Below, piece after piece: positions 32,308 to 41,981 of a stretch of DNA of 64,000 nucleotides (position 1 is the first letter of the stretch; each line of letters starts with the position of its first letter). The position numbers were made by a program, and so were the translations under genes. Source of the stretch: an uncultured Clostridium sp. (GTDB taxonomy: Bacteria > Bacillota > Clostridia > TANB77 > CAG-508); the NCBI GenBank assembly GCA_947365805.1, contig CANAZY010000003.1:28158-92157 (forward strand), written 5' to 3'. The notes beneath the pieces are model-generated. The model did no database searches, had not been told where the DNA came from, and worked only from the letters and a program-made list of their open reading frames with translations.

Positions 32308-33408
32308 TTATTGTTTTTGCCTAAACACTGCCTTTTCTTTTATTAAATCACCATTTATAAATATTTCTCCTTCTAATCCCTTTGTATCGTTTAAAACAGC
32401 TTTTAAGTATAACATTCTACTACTTAAATTAGAGGCGTCTCCTAAGTATACAATCTTTTTTTCTTCTTCGATATGTAAAGTATAATTTTGCTTATTTTCA
32501 ATATTAATTCGGTTGATTTTACTTACAATTCCACTACTTTGAATAGAATCAATAATCTTTAATACCATTTCTAATTTATTTAAATCTTCTTCATCTAGTC
32601 GATTTCCAACTTTTAATTCTTCTTGTGTTGTATGGTATCCCATTATAATTGGTACATCTACAGCATTTGTTGCTATTTCTAAGATATATCCTTGGTTATT
32701 AATATAGACAAAACTTCCTACATATTCAAGCATATAGGTTGTTGTTCTTTCTTTTACTTGTAATTCAACTTTATTGGGAAGTATTCTATTTACTTCTACT
32801 GTATCAATATAAGCATTCTGCTTTATTCTTTGAGAGATTTTATTTTTACTTGTTTTATAAATATTTTCTCCCACTGTAATTCCTGAAAGACTGGTAATCG
32901 TCTCTTGTGAAATGGCGTTATTTCCTGTTACACTAATTTCTACTATATTAAATAAAGGTGACATCATGAAGAAAATAAATGCTGCCATTAGCGCTCCTAA
33001 TAGGATTGTCCATTTTATTACCCCTTTTATTATCTTTCCTTTTTTATTCTCTTCTTTCTTTTTCATTATTTGTTTTTTCTTAGGAGCAGATTTTTTATCT
33101 GCTCCTTTTTGTATTTGTGTTTTTTTTGTTTTTTTACCAGTTTCTTGATTCTGCTTTTTCTTTGTTTTTGAAACATTGTGTTTTTGGGTTTCATTTGGTA
33201 ACTTGGTTACTCCAATTACAATCTCATTATCAAAATTAAATGCTTCATTTTCATTTTGTGCTGTTTTGTTTTTGGTTGTTCTTTCTTTTTTTGTTACTTT
33301 CTTTTTCTTAGATACTTTTTTCTCTTTTTTATCATCTGAAGCATTACTATTTTCGTCTTCTAAATATAAAAAATTCAATTCCTGATTTTTATTTCTTCCC
33401 ATACTCAA
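32308..33408 (-). CDS. divIB: cell division protein DivIB/FtsQ with a Lys-rich N-terminal extension
   Basis: TM followed by POTRA (VEISVTGNNAISQETI) and an FtsQ-like domain. Confidence 0.8.
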   Translation of the reverse strand: MSMGRNKNQELNFLYLEDENSNASDDKKEKKVSKKKKVTKKERTTKNKTAQNENEAFNFDNEIVIGVTKLPNETQKHNVSKTKKKQNQETGKKTKKTQIQKGADKKSAPKKKQIMKKKEENKKGKIIKGVIKWTILLGALMAAFIFFMMSPLFNIVEISVTGNNAISQETITSLSGITVGENIYKTSKNKISQRIKQNAYIDTVEVNRILPNKVELQVKERTTTYMLEYVGSFVYINNQGYILEIATNAVDVPIIMGYHTTQEELKVGNRLDEEDLNKLEMVLKIIDSIQSSGIVSKINRINIENKQNYTLHIEEEKKIVYLGDASNLSSRMLYLKAVLNDTKGLEGEIFINGDLIKEKAVFRQKQ

Positions 33409-34667
33409 CCAACTTCTTTCGTAATATTTGCTCCTAATGCATTTAATTTTTCGTCTAAATTTTCATATCCTCGTAAGATATATTCTATATTTGTTACTTT
33501 TGTTTTTCCATTTGCTCTAAGAGCTGCTACCACTAACGCTGCTCCTCCTCGTAAATCCGTTGATTCTACTATCGCATTTGTTAATTTTCTTACCCCTTTA
33601 ATCACTGCAGTTCTTCCTTCTATCATAATTTTAGCACCCATTCGATTTAATTCATTTGTGTATTTATAACGATTCTCAAAAATATTTTCTACCACAATGG
33701 ATGTTCCTTTCGCTGTAGAAAGAATGCTAACTAATATTGCTTGCATATCGGTTGGAAAACCAGGATATGGCATTGTTTTTATATTAACTGCATTCAATTT
33801 TTTAGGTGCTTGTAAAATAAGAGTATCTTTCGTAGCTTCAATATTGCAACCACATTCCTTTAGTTTTTCAATCACAGGAGTTAAATGAGCTGGAATTACT
33901 TTCTTTAGTTTAATATTACCTCCTGTGGTTGCCACCGCACAAAGTAATGTTCCTGCTTCTATTCTATCTGGCATAATTTGATAACCTGTATCCTTTAATT
34001 TTTCAACTCCATGAATAACAATTTCGTTTGTGCCTGCTCCTGTCACTTTTGCTCCCATTTTATTTAAGAAATTCTGTAAATCAATAATTTCTGGTTCCAT
34101 GGCAGCATTAGAAATGACGGTAGTTCCTTTCGCAAGAACTGCTACTAGCATTGCGTTTTCTGTTGCTCCAACACTTGGAAAATCTAAGTGTATTTTTTCT
34201 CCCACTATTGTATCACATGTACAATGAATATATCCAGTGTTTTCACAAATCTTAATTCCTAAATTTTCGAATGCTTTTAAGTGTAAATCAATTGGTCTTG
34301 CTCCAATATCACATCCTCCTGGGCAGGAAAATGTTGCACCTTTTAATCTTCCAATTAATGCTCCTGCAAGAATAACAGAAGAACGCATTTTTCTCATTAA
34401 TTCTTCTGGAATTTCTTGTTTTTTTACACTCCTAGCATCAATTACTATTTTATCACGAACTCTTTTTACTTTGCAACCTAAATTTCTTAATATTTCTATC
34501 ATTACTTTTGTATCATGTATATTAGGAACATTATATAATTTTGTAATTCCATTATTTAAAATGGATGCTGCTAAAATTGGCAAAGAAGCATTTTTAGAAC
34601 CAGATACGACTGCTTCTCCTTCTAGCTTCTTTCCACCTTTTATTATGTATGACCCGCATATTTTCAC
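33405..34667 (-). CDS. murA: UDP-N-acetylglucosamine 1-carboxyvinyltransferase
   Basis: 420 aa with a GTG start: GEAVVSGSKNASLPILAASIL...CPGGCDIGARPIDLH. Confidence 0.94.
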   Translation of the reverse strand: MKICGSYIIKGGKKLEGEAVVSGSKNASLPILAASILNNGITKLYNVPNIHDTKVMIEILRNLGCKVKRVRDKIVIDARSVKKQEIPEELMRKMRSSVILAGALIGRLKGATFSCPGGCDIGARPIDLHLKAFENLGIKICENTGYIHCTCDTIVGEKIHLDFPSVGATENAMLVAVLAKGTTVISNAAMEPEIIDLQNFLNKMGAKVTGAGTNEIVIHGVEKLKDTGYQIMPDRIEAGTLLCAVATTGGNIKLKKVIPAHLTPVIEKLKECGCNIEATKDTLILQAPKKLNAVNIKTMPYPGFPTDMQAILVSILSTAKGTSIVVENIFENRYKYTNELNRMGAKIMIEGRTAVIKGVRKLTNAIVESTDLRGGAALVVAALRANGKTKVTNIEYILRGYENLDEKLNALGANITKEVG

Positions 34668-34712
34668 CCTCCTTTATGTTATATATATTATGCTTACCTT
34701 AAATTTTCGGTG

Positions 34713-34758
34713 AATAGAAAAAGACTTACTTCCTTTTAATGTAAGTCTTTTTTCTATT
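34713..34758. terminator. bidirectional terminator
   Basis: aatagaaaaagacttac / gtaagtcttttttctatt. Confidence 0.7.
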
Positions 34759-34766
34759 TTTATTAT

Positions 34767-35165
34767 TTACTTAATCCATCCTTTTTTCTTTAAATCTTCA
34801 AAAATCAATCTTCCTGCAAGACTAATTCTTCCCATATCATTTGTATCAAGAAAATTAATTTCTTCTATTTCAGATGCCGGTTCTAAATCACCTTCATAAT
34901 CTGCTGTATAACAAGTCATTTTCACAATAATGCCTTCATCTTTTCCATCAGCTTGTGCTTCAAATGTACCATAATATTGTATGGTATCTTTCTTTATGTC
35001 CACAGAAACTTCTTCTTTTACTTCACGAATTAAAGTTTCTTCATCCGATTCCCCTTGTTCTCTTTTTCCTCCTGGTGAATAATACTTTTCTTTACCTTTA
35101 CTTCTCGTACAAAGTATTTTGTTATCTTTTATATAAATCCATGCTACTTTATCAATGATTTTCAT
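34767..35165 (-). CDS. NUDIX hydrolase
   Basis: Nudix box: GGKREQGESDEETLIREVKEEVSV. Confidence 0.85.
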   Translation of the reverse strand: MKIIDKVAWIYIKDNKILCTRSKGKEKYYSPGGKREQGESDEETLIREVKEEVSVDIKKDTIQYYGTFEAQADGKDEGIIVKMTCYTADYEGDLEPASEIEEINFLDTNDMGRISLAGRLIFEDLKKKGWIK

Positions 35166-35300
35166 TGTCCCTTCCTCCTATTCAAATTATTCTAATTATA
35201 CTAATAATTTTAAAAAATGAAAAGTTTTTTCACATTTTTCTTTCATCCATTGACATTTTTCCTCTGTTTTATATAATAAAAGCATAATAAAAAGAAATGA

Positions 35301-35708
35301 GTGATGTTTATGGAATTAAAAGATGCGATTAAAATTGCAAAACAAGCAAGATTACGTGCAAGAGCTTCTGCTTCTAATTACTACGTTGGTGCTTGTCTTG
35401 TTACGAAATCTGGAAAGGCATATTCTGGTTGTAATATTGAAAATAGTGGTATTCAAAGTATTTGTGCAGAACGTACTGCTTTTGTTAAAGCTTTATCTGA
35501 AGGAGAAGATGATTTTTCTTATATTGTTGTCGTTGGTGGAAATAAAGATGCTCTCATATTAGATAACTGTCTTCCTTGTGGTTATTGTAGACAATTTATG
35601 AATGATTATGTGGATAATACTTTTAAAATTTATGCATGTTTTGGTGAAAATGATGCAATAGAAGAATATACCCTTTCTGATTTGTTACCTCATTGTTTTA
35701 AATTGTAA
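35301..35708 (+). CDS. cdd: cytidine deaminase
   Basis: Motifs CAERTA...PCGYCRQ. The true start may be ATG 35304 or 35310. Confidence 0.88.
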   Translation: MMFMELKDAIKIAKQARLRARASASNYYVGACLVTKSGKAYSGCNIENSGIQSICAERTAFVKALSEGEDDFSYIVVVGGNKDALILDNCLPCGYCRQFMNDYVDNTFKIYACFGENDAIEEYTLSDLLPHCFKL

Positions 35709-35790
35709 AATAATGAAGTAATCCTTTGTCCTTGTTGACTTATTTATTAATTCTTATTGAAGGGCTGATGAGGATATCTATCCCTACATT

Positions 35791-35819
35791 AAAACGACCA
35801 TTGAAAATGGTCGTTTTTT
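35791..35819. terminator. bidirectional terminator between cdd and aspS
   Basis: aaaacgaccatt / aatggtcgtttt followed by a T-run. Confidence 0.8.
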
Positions 35820-35823
35820 GATA

Positions 35824-37584
35824 TTATTCTTCAATATCTAATTTTATATGAACATCTTTTAATTGTTGCTCGCTTACTGCACTTGGTGCTCTCATTAATA
35901 AATCTCTTGCTTTTTTATTTTTAGGGAATGCAATTACTCCTCTTAGGTTATCTTCATTTGCAATTAGCATAACCATTCTATCAACTCCTGGTGCTGCTCC
36001 TGCATGTGGTGGTGTACCATATTGGAAAGCATTAAATAATGCTCCAAAACGTTCTTCTACATTGTTTCTTGTATATCCTGCAATTTCAAATGCTTTTACC
36101 ATTAATTCTGGATCGTGGTTACGAACAGCTCCTGATGCCATTTCATAGCCATTACATACTAAATCATATTGGTAAGCAAGGATTTCTAATGGGTCTTTTT
36201 CTTCTAACGCATGCATTCCACCTTGTGGCATCGAAAATGGATTATGATTAAAGTCAATCGTTCCTTCATCTGATAGTTCATACATTGGAAAATCAATAAT
36301 CCAGCAAAAACGATAGGTATCTTTTTCTAGTAAATCTAATCGATTTCCAAGTTCAATTCTAACTCCACCTGCAATTTTTTGTGCTGTGCCTAATTCATCT
36401 GCAATAAAGAACATCGCACAGTTTGGTAATGCACCTGTTATTTGAATTATTTCTTGTTTTTGTTCTTCATCAATAAATTTGGAGATACCTCCATTTAGAT
36501 TTCCTTCTCCATCTAATTTTACCCATGCTAATCCTTTTGCACCTAATTCGTTTACTGCAAATTCACTCATATTATCAAAGAATTTTCTTCCTAGTTCTGG
36601 TTGATTATTTACCACAATTATTTTTATGGTTTTATCTTTAAAAGCATTAAATTCTGTATGTTCAAATACCTTCGTAACATCTTGAATCACAAGAGGATTT
36701 CTCAAATCTGGTTTATCAATTCCGTATTTTTCCATCGCTTCTTTATAGGGGATTCGAATAAATGGCCCTTGGTCCACTTTCCAAGAAGTAAATTTTGAAA
36801 ATACGTCTGGAACAACTTCTTCTAATACGTTAAATACATCTTCTTGGGTTGCAAAACTCATTTCAAAATCTAATTGATAAAACTCTCCTGGTGCACGGTC
36901 TGCACGTGGGTCTTCATCTCTAAAACATGGTGCTATTTGATAATATTTATTAAATCCACCTACCATTAATAATTGTTTAAATTGTTGCGGTGCTTGTGGT
37001 AGTGCGTAAAATTCTCCTGGGTGAATTCTACTTGGTACTAAGAAGTCTCTTGCCCCTTCTGGTGAAGAATTTGCTAAAATTGGTGTTTGAATCTCGGTAA
37101 AGCCTAATTCATCCATTTTATTTCTTAATGTCTTCATAATATTCGAACGTAGTAAAATATTTTTATGAATATGCTCATTACGAAGTTCTAAAAATCGATA
37201 TTCTAACCTTAAATCTTCTCTTACATTAGACAAAGTATCAGAAGTTGTTTCAAATGGTAAGACATTTTTGCATTTCCCTAAAATAGTCATTTTGGTTGCA
37301 ACAATTTCAATCTCTCCTGTTGGCATTTTAGGATTTTTATTTGCTCTTTCTACAACATTACCTTCTACCATAATACAACTTTCTGTTGTTAAATCTTTAC
37401 TTATTTCTTCAAATTGAGCACCGTTTTCCATAACCACTTGGGTAATACCAAATTCATCTCTTAAATCAATAAAAGTCATTGCTCCTAAATTACGATTTTT
37501 TTGAATCCATCCAGAAAGCTTTACTTCTTTTCCAACATCTTCTTTTCTTAATTCCCCACAATTGTTTGTTCTATATTCGTTCAT
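35824..37584 (-). CDS. aspS: aspartate--tRNA ligase
   Basis: MNEYRTNNCGELRKEDVGKEVKLSGW...FRDEDPRADR...GVDRMVML. Start set at ATG 37582-37584 after RBS GGAGG. Confidence 0.94.
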   Translation of the reverse strand: MNEYRTNNCGELRKEDVGKEVKLSGWIQKNRNLGAMTFIDLRDEFGITQVVMENGAQFEEISKDLTTESCIMVEGNVVERANKNPKMPTGEIEIVATKMTILGKCKNVLPFETTSDTLSNVREDLRLEYRFLELRNEHIHKNILLRSNIMKTLRNKMDELGFTEIQTPILANSSPEGARDFLVPSRIHPGEFYALPQAPQQFKQLLMVGGFNKYYQIAPCFRDEDPRADRAPGEFYQLDFEMSFATQEDVFNVLEEVVPDVFSKFTSWKVDQGPFIRIPYKEAMEKYGIDKPDLRNPLVIQDVTKVFEHTEFNAFKDKTIKIIVVNNQPELGRKFFDNMSEFAVNELGAKGLAWVKLDGEGNLNGGISKFIDEEQKQEIIQITGALPNCAMFFIADELGTAQKIAGGVRIELGNRLDLLEKDTYRFCWIIDFPMYELSDEGTIDFNHNPFSMPQGGMHALEEKDPLEILAYQYDLVCNGYEMASGAVRNHDPELMVKAFEIAGYTRNNVEERFGALFNAFQYGTPPHAGAAPGVDRMVMLIANEDNLRGVIAFPKNKKARDLLMRAPSAVSEQQLKDVHIKLDIEE

Positions 37585-37605
37585 AAACGCCTCCAATATA
37601 TCTTC

Positions 37606-38904
37606 CTATTTCATTTCTTTTTTAATATATTCTAGTACCTCATCTACTTTAATTACTTTTTTTTCTGATGTTTTTGTATTTTCAATTTCTACTTTTCCCT
37701 CTTCTACTTTATCTCCTAAAACAACCATATATGGAGTTCCTAAAACCTTGCAATCTTTTATTTTAGCTCCTATTGTAATATTTTCTCTATCATCTAATAT
37801 AGAATCGATTCCATTTTTTGCTAATTCTTCATATATTTTATTGGCTAATTCTACTTTTTCTACATTCTCCATTTTAGGAACAATTTGAACCTTAAATGGC
37901 GCTACTGACATTGGCAATCTAAATCCACATGGTCCCCATTTTTCATCATTAATAACACAGTTTTCATATAGTGCAGCAACTGTCCTGCTTACTCCTATTC
38001 CATAACATCCCATATAGTATAAGCATTCTTTTCCCTCTTGGTTTGTAAACTTACCATTCATCATTTCGGAATATCTTGTTCCTAATTGGAAAATATGTCC
38101 TAATTCCATTGTTCTAATTTCTTTTAGGTTTGATATATCTTCTATACCATATTCATTTTTTAAATATTCTTTATAATTTTCTTTTTCCAATATTTCTGTA
38201 TTCAATCCAATTCCTGTTACTTCGTCATATAAAATTTTATCTTCTCCTTGCTCTGAAATTAGCATGAATTCCTCTGATTTTTTCCCTCCCATTGCACCAT
38301 TATCTGCAACAATTGGAATAACTGGCAATCCTATTTTTTTAAAGATTTCTAAAAATGCTTTTCTTACATTATCATATGATTTTGCCATCGATGTTTCATC
38401 TTTGTCAAAACTATATGCATCTAACATTGGAAATGCTTTTCCTCTTAATAAATATCCTCTTGTCCTTATTTCATTTCTATATTTTTCACCAATTTGATAA
38501 AATGTTGCAGGTAAGTTTTTATAGGATTTTAACTTTTCTCTTGCAAATTCTAACATAGCTTCTTCCCCTGTTGGAGCTAAGCAAAATGTTCCTTTATTGG
38601 ATTCTGTTATCAGCATTGTTCCATCATTTACATAGTGATCGTATCTTCCTGAATTTTTCCAAATAGTATCTGGTTGTAATGTTGGAAGTAATACTTCTAT
38701 ACAATCATATTTATTTAACGTTTGGGTTATTATTTTTTCTACATTTCTTCTTACTAATAGTGGGACTGTATTATACGCAAACAGTCCTGCACCATATTGA
38801 ACTAATTGCCCTGTTTGTAATAGAATACTTTGTCCTGGGTACATTTTATCTATATTATTTAATTTGGTACTTCCCATACCTGTATTTGATAATCTCATAT
38901 TCAT
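37606..38904 (-). CDS. proline--tRNA ligase-like class II aaRS lacking the INS editing domain
   Basis: 432 aa. Bacterial-type ProRS motifs (APTGEEAM, YQIGEKYRNEIRTRGYLLRGKAFPMLDAYSF, GHIFQLGTRYS) and an anticodon-binding domain are present, but there is no roughly 180-aa insertion. Confidence 0.7.
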   Translation of the reverse strand: MNMRLSNTGMGSTKLNNIDKMYPGQSILLQTGQLVQYGAGLFAYNTVPLLVRRNVEKIITQTLNKYDCIEVLLPTLQPDTIWKNSGRYDHYVNDGTMLITESNKGTFCLAPTGEEAMLEFAREKLKSYKNLPATFYQIGEKYRNEIRTRGYLLRGKAFPMLDAYSFDKDETSMAKSYDNVRKAFLEIFKKIGLPVIPIVADNGAMGGKKSEEFMLISEQGEDKILYDEVTGIGLNTEILEKENYKEYLKNEYGIEDISNLKEIRTMELGHIFQLGTRYSEMMNGKFTNQEGKECLYYMGCYGIGVSRTVAALYENCVINDEKWGPCGFRLPMSVAPFKVQIVPKMENVEKVELANKIYEELAKNGIDSILDDRENITIGAKIKDCKVLGTPYMVVLGDKVEEGKVEIENTKTSEKKVIKVDEVLEYIKKEMK

Positions 38905-38933
38905 TCTCCCTCTTCTTTAAACTTTTTCATTCT

Positions 38934-39572
38934 TCACTGTTCCGAAGCAAGCCCCTCTTCCCTTTCGGGAGATGGAGCCTCATTAGGCTCTTCTTTTCTA
39001 TTTTCTTGGTCTCTTTCTTCTAATATATCATCAATGACGATTTGTCTATTTTCGTCCATTTTATATCTTGGCAAATCTGGTAAATTTTCTAGACTTTCAT
39101 ATCCAAACATTTTTAAAAAGTTTGGAGTTGCTTTATAGGTCATTGGTCTACCTGGTGCCTCTAATTTTCCTGCTTCTTCAATTAAATTATATTCTAACAA
39201 TTTATACATCGTCGCATCTGAATTAACTCCACGAATCGATTCAATTTCAGCTCTTGTTACTCCTGGATTGTAGGCAATAATCGCAAGTGTTTCTAATGCT
39301 GCATTAGATAGATTTGGTTTACTTCTTTTATCTAAAATCGGATAAATATATTCATAATATTCTTTTTTTGTACACATCTGATAAGCATCATTAATACGAA
39401 TTATCTCAAATCCTCTACCTTGTTGTTCATATTCTTCTTCTATTTTTTCAATAATTGCAATAATATCTTCCTTATTCATCTCTAGAGCAGAAACAAATTC
39501 CTTGATATTTACTTCTCTTCCACATGCAAATAAAATTGCTTCTATTACTGCTTTTGCTTGTTCTATTTCCAT
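38934..39572 (-). CDS. scpB: segregation and condensation protein B
   Basis: AVIEAILFACGREV...LSNAALETLAIIAYNPGVTRAEIESIRGV. Confidence 0.88.
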   Translation of the reverse strand: MEIEQAKAVIEAILFACGREVNIKEFVSALEMNKEDIIAIIEKIEEEYEQQGRGFEIIRINDAYQMCTKKEYYEYIYPILDKRSKPNLSNAALETLAIIAYNPGVTRAEIESIRGVNSDATMYKLLEYNLIEEAGKLEAPGRPMTYKATPNFLKMFGYESLENLPDLPRYKMDENRQIVIDDILEERDQENRKEEPNEAPSPEREEGLASEQ

Positions 39573-39721
39573 ATTATCTTCCTTTTTTGTTAAATTCTTT
39601 TTATATTATGCCACTTTTTCCTTTCTATGTCAATGAATTTTAGCTTTTCCTTCCATTTTGCATTGCACTTTTTTTTTAGGTATGATATGATAAATATATC
39701 TTGATAAAAGGGGTGTAATTT

Positions 39722-39874
39722 ATGCAAAACTCACCTAAAAAAATAGAAGTTATAAATGGGAATGGCAATGAATTAGAAATTTCAGAAGTTCATGAACATT
39801 TAAGAATTGCAAAACCTAAAACAAAAGATGAAAAAGCTAAAAAAATTATTATTCCAAAAGAAAAGAAAAAATAA
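39722..39874 (+). CDS. 50-aa Lys-rich small protein, unknown function
   Basis: Not in track. RBS aaaaggggtg is present. Translation: MQNSPKKIEVINGNGNELEISEVHEHLRIAKPKTKDEKAKKIIIPKEKKK. A terminator hairpin follows at 39875-39905. Confidence 0.45.
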   Translation: MQNSPKKIEVINGNGNELEISEVHEHLRIAKPKTKDEKAKKIIIPKEKKK

Positions 39875-40142
39875 TACCATATAGCATGTCTATGTGGTAT
39901 TTGTTTTTGTTTACACTTCATGTGAATTAATATATAAGTTCAATAAAGAATTTGTAGAAGAAAAAACAATGAATGTTGGCAGTAATACATAATGTCAAGA
40001 ACAGGATAGTTCTTATGGAGCTATCCTGTGTATTTTATTTATATAATTAAATACTCTATAAATGTAAAATACGCACCTAGATTATCATTATAAATAAAAA
40101 AATGTTCTTATGGAACGCTAAATCCCATAAAAACATCCATAT

Positions 40143-40219
40143 TGGTAGCGATGGTGGGACTTGAACCTACGACCTGCCGGGTATGAACCGGATGCTCTAG
40201 CCAACTGAGCTACATCGCC
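40143..40219 (-). tRNA. tRNA-Met (anticodon CAT, elongator type), CCA encoded
   Basis: GGCGATGTAGCTCAGTTGGCTAGAGCATCCGGTTCATACCCGGCAGGTCGTAGGTTCAAGTCCCACCATCGCTACCA. It folds as a cloverleaf with a normal 7-nt anticodon loop TTCATAC. Confidence 0.88.
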
Positions 40220-40327
40220 ATATATTTATTAGAACGTGTATTATTATATTAGTATATCCTGTTTTTGTCAAGACAAAACAAAGAAAATAATGAAAATTAT
40301 TTTCTTTGTTATTTACCTTTTTTATTT

Positions 40328-40618
40328 TTATATTTGCTTTTCTTCTGTTTGTTGTTTTTGGTCTTTTTGCTTCTTTACTTGTTCTGCCATTTGTCCTGCT
40401 AAAATTTCATTTACTTTTGCTTGTGGAACAAAGCTTTCTGGTTCTTCTTCTAACGAAATATTAACACTACTTACTTCTACAGCCAATTTTTCTAAATTCC
40501 TGGTTTGTTGCGCAATAATTGCCTCTACTTCTTTTTGTATCTCTTTACTATCTATTTCTATTTCTTCATTTACAGTTAATTCTCTGTGTATGGTTCTTAT
40601 TCCATCAAATAATCTCAT
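40328..40618 (-). CDS. hypothetical acidic protein
   Basis: 96-aa ORF with RBS aggagg. No family recognised. Confidence 0.45.
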   Translation of the reverse strand: MRLFDGIRTIHRELTVNEEIEIDSKEIQKEVEAIIAQQTRNLEKLAVEVSSVNISLEEEPESFVPQAKVNEILAGQMAEQVKKQKDQKQQTEEKQI

Positions 40619-40812
40619 TGATATTTTTCCTCCTAATTAATTTAACAATAAACTAATACTCTTTTATATTAACATAAAAGAGCAAAAAAATCAAGTGTTT
40701 TTTGCTCTTTTTTCTAGTACGTTTTTATCTTTTGTAAGGGTATACGCCCTCATCGACCCGTTATCAATTTATGTTACATTTTATCGGGTCGACAAAGGTG
40801 TCGACCCCTACA

Positions 40813-41970
40813 TTAGTTCATATAATCTCTTAATTTCTTACTTCTACTTGGATGTCTTAATTTTCTTAATGCTTTTGCTTCAATTTGTCTAATTCTTTCT
40901 CTTGTTACTTCAAACTCTCTTCCTACTTCTTCTAATGTTCTTGCTTTGCCATCTTCTAAACCAAATCTTAGTTTTAGTACTTTTGCTTCCCTTGGTGTTA
41001 AGGTGTTCATTACTTCTTCTAATTGCTCTTTTAATAGTGTATAGGCTGCAGAATCATGTGGTGCAGGACTATCTTCATCTTGAATAAAATCTCCTAAATG
41101 GCTATCATCTTCTTCTCCAATTGGGGTTTCAAGAGATACTGGGTCTTGTGCTATTTTTTGAATCTCCATTACTTTTTCTACTGGCATTTCTAATTCTTCT
41201 GCAATTTCTTCTGGGCTTGGTTCACGTCCTAATCTTTGTAGTAGATGTCTTGAAGTACGAATTAATTTATTAATTGTTTCTACCATATGAACTGGAATAC
41301 GAATAGTTCTTGCTTGGTCTGCAATTGCTCTTGTAATCGCTTGACGAATCCACCATGTTGCATACGTACTAAATTTAAATCCTTTTTTATAATCGAATTT
41401 ATCAACAGCTTTAATTAATCCCATGTTTCCCTCTTGGATTAGGTCTAAAAATAGCATGCCTCTTCCTACATATTTTTTAGCAATACTTACAACTAACCTT
41501 AGGTTTGATTCTGCTAAACGTTTTTTTGCTTCTTCATCCCCTTCTAGTACCTTTTCTGCAATTTCTAATTCTTCATCATAACTTAAAAGTGGTATTCTTC
41601 CAATTTCGCGTAGATACATTCTAACTGGATCATCTGTACTGATTCCTTCTAGTGTTGTTAAATTAATATCTTCTACTTTGATGTCTTCTACTTCCTCTAA
41701 ATCTTCTAAATCTGGCTCTTCATCATCTAAATCTTCCTTTAAGTCTACATTTAGTTCTTCAAATGCATCAAATACTTTTTCAATCTGATCTGGATTTGCA
41801 TCATCTAGTTCAGATGCGATTTCACCATACGTAATTCTTCCCTGTTTTTTTGCTTTTTCTAAAATCATTTTCACTTTTTCATCTTCTGATTTTACTTGTT
41901 CTTCTTTTTTAGTTTGTTCTACTAGTTCTTCATTTTTTACTTTTTGCTTTTTTTCTTCTTTTTCAGGCAT
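40813..41970 (-). CDS. rpoD: RNA polymerase primary sigma factor
   Basis: 385 aa: ...[32 protein letters not shown]... Confidence 0.96.
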   Translation of the reverse strand: MPEKEEKKQKVKNEELVEQTKKEEQVKSEDEKVKMILEKAKKQGRITYGEIASELDDANPDQIEKVFDAFEELNVDLKEDLDDEEPDLEDLEEVEDIKVEDINLTTLEGISTDDPVRMYLREIGRIPLLSYDEELEIAEKVLEGDEEAKKRLAESNLRLVVSIAKKYVGRGMLFLDLIQEGNMGLIKAVDKFDYKKGFKFSTYATWWIRQAITRAIADQARTIRIPVHMVETINKLIRTSRHLLQRLGREPSPEEIAEELEMPVEKVMEIQKIAQDPVSLETPIGEEDDSHLGDFIQDEDSPAPHDSAAYTLLKEQLEEVMNTLTPREAKVLKLRFGLEDGKARTLEEVGREFEVTRERIRQIEAKALRKLRHPSRSKKLRDYMN

Positions 41971-41981
41971 TTTCTTTCCTC

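Noticed and set aside
35763-35790. CTGATGAG as a hammerhead ribozyme core
   Set aside because: Only the CUGAUGA box is present. There is no matching GAAA/cleavage-site strand or three-stem junction.
40143-40219. The only tRNA in the window as the possible CGG or quadruplet decoder
   Set aside because: The anticodon is CAT in a normal 7-nt loop, and it resembles Bacillus elongator tRNA-Met. It has no bearing on CGG decoding.
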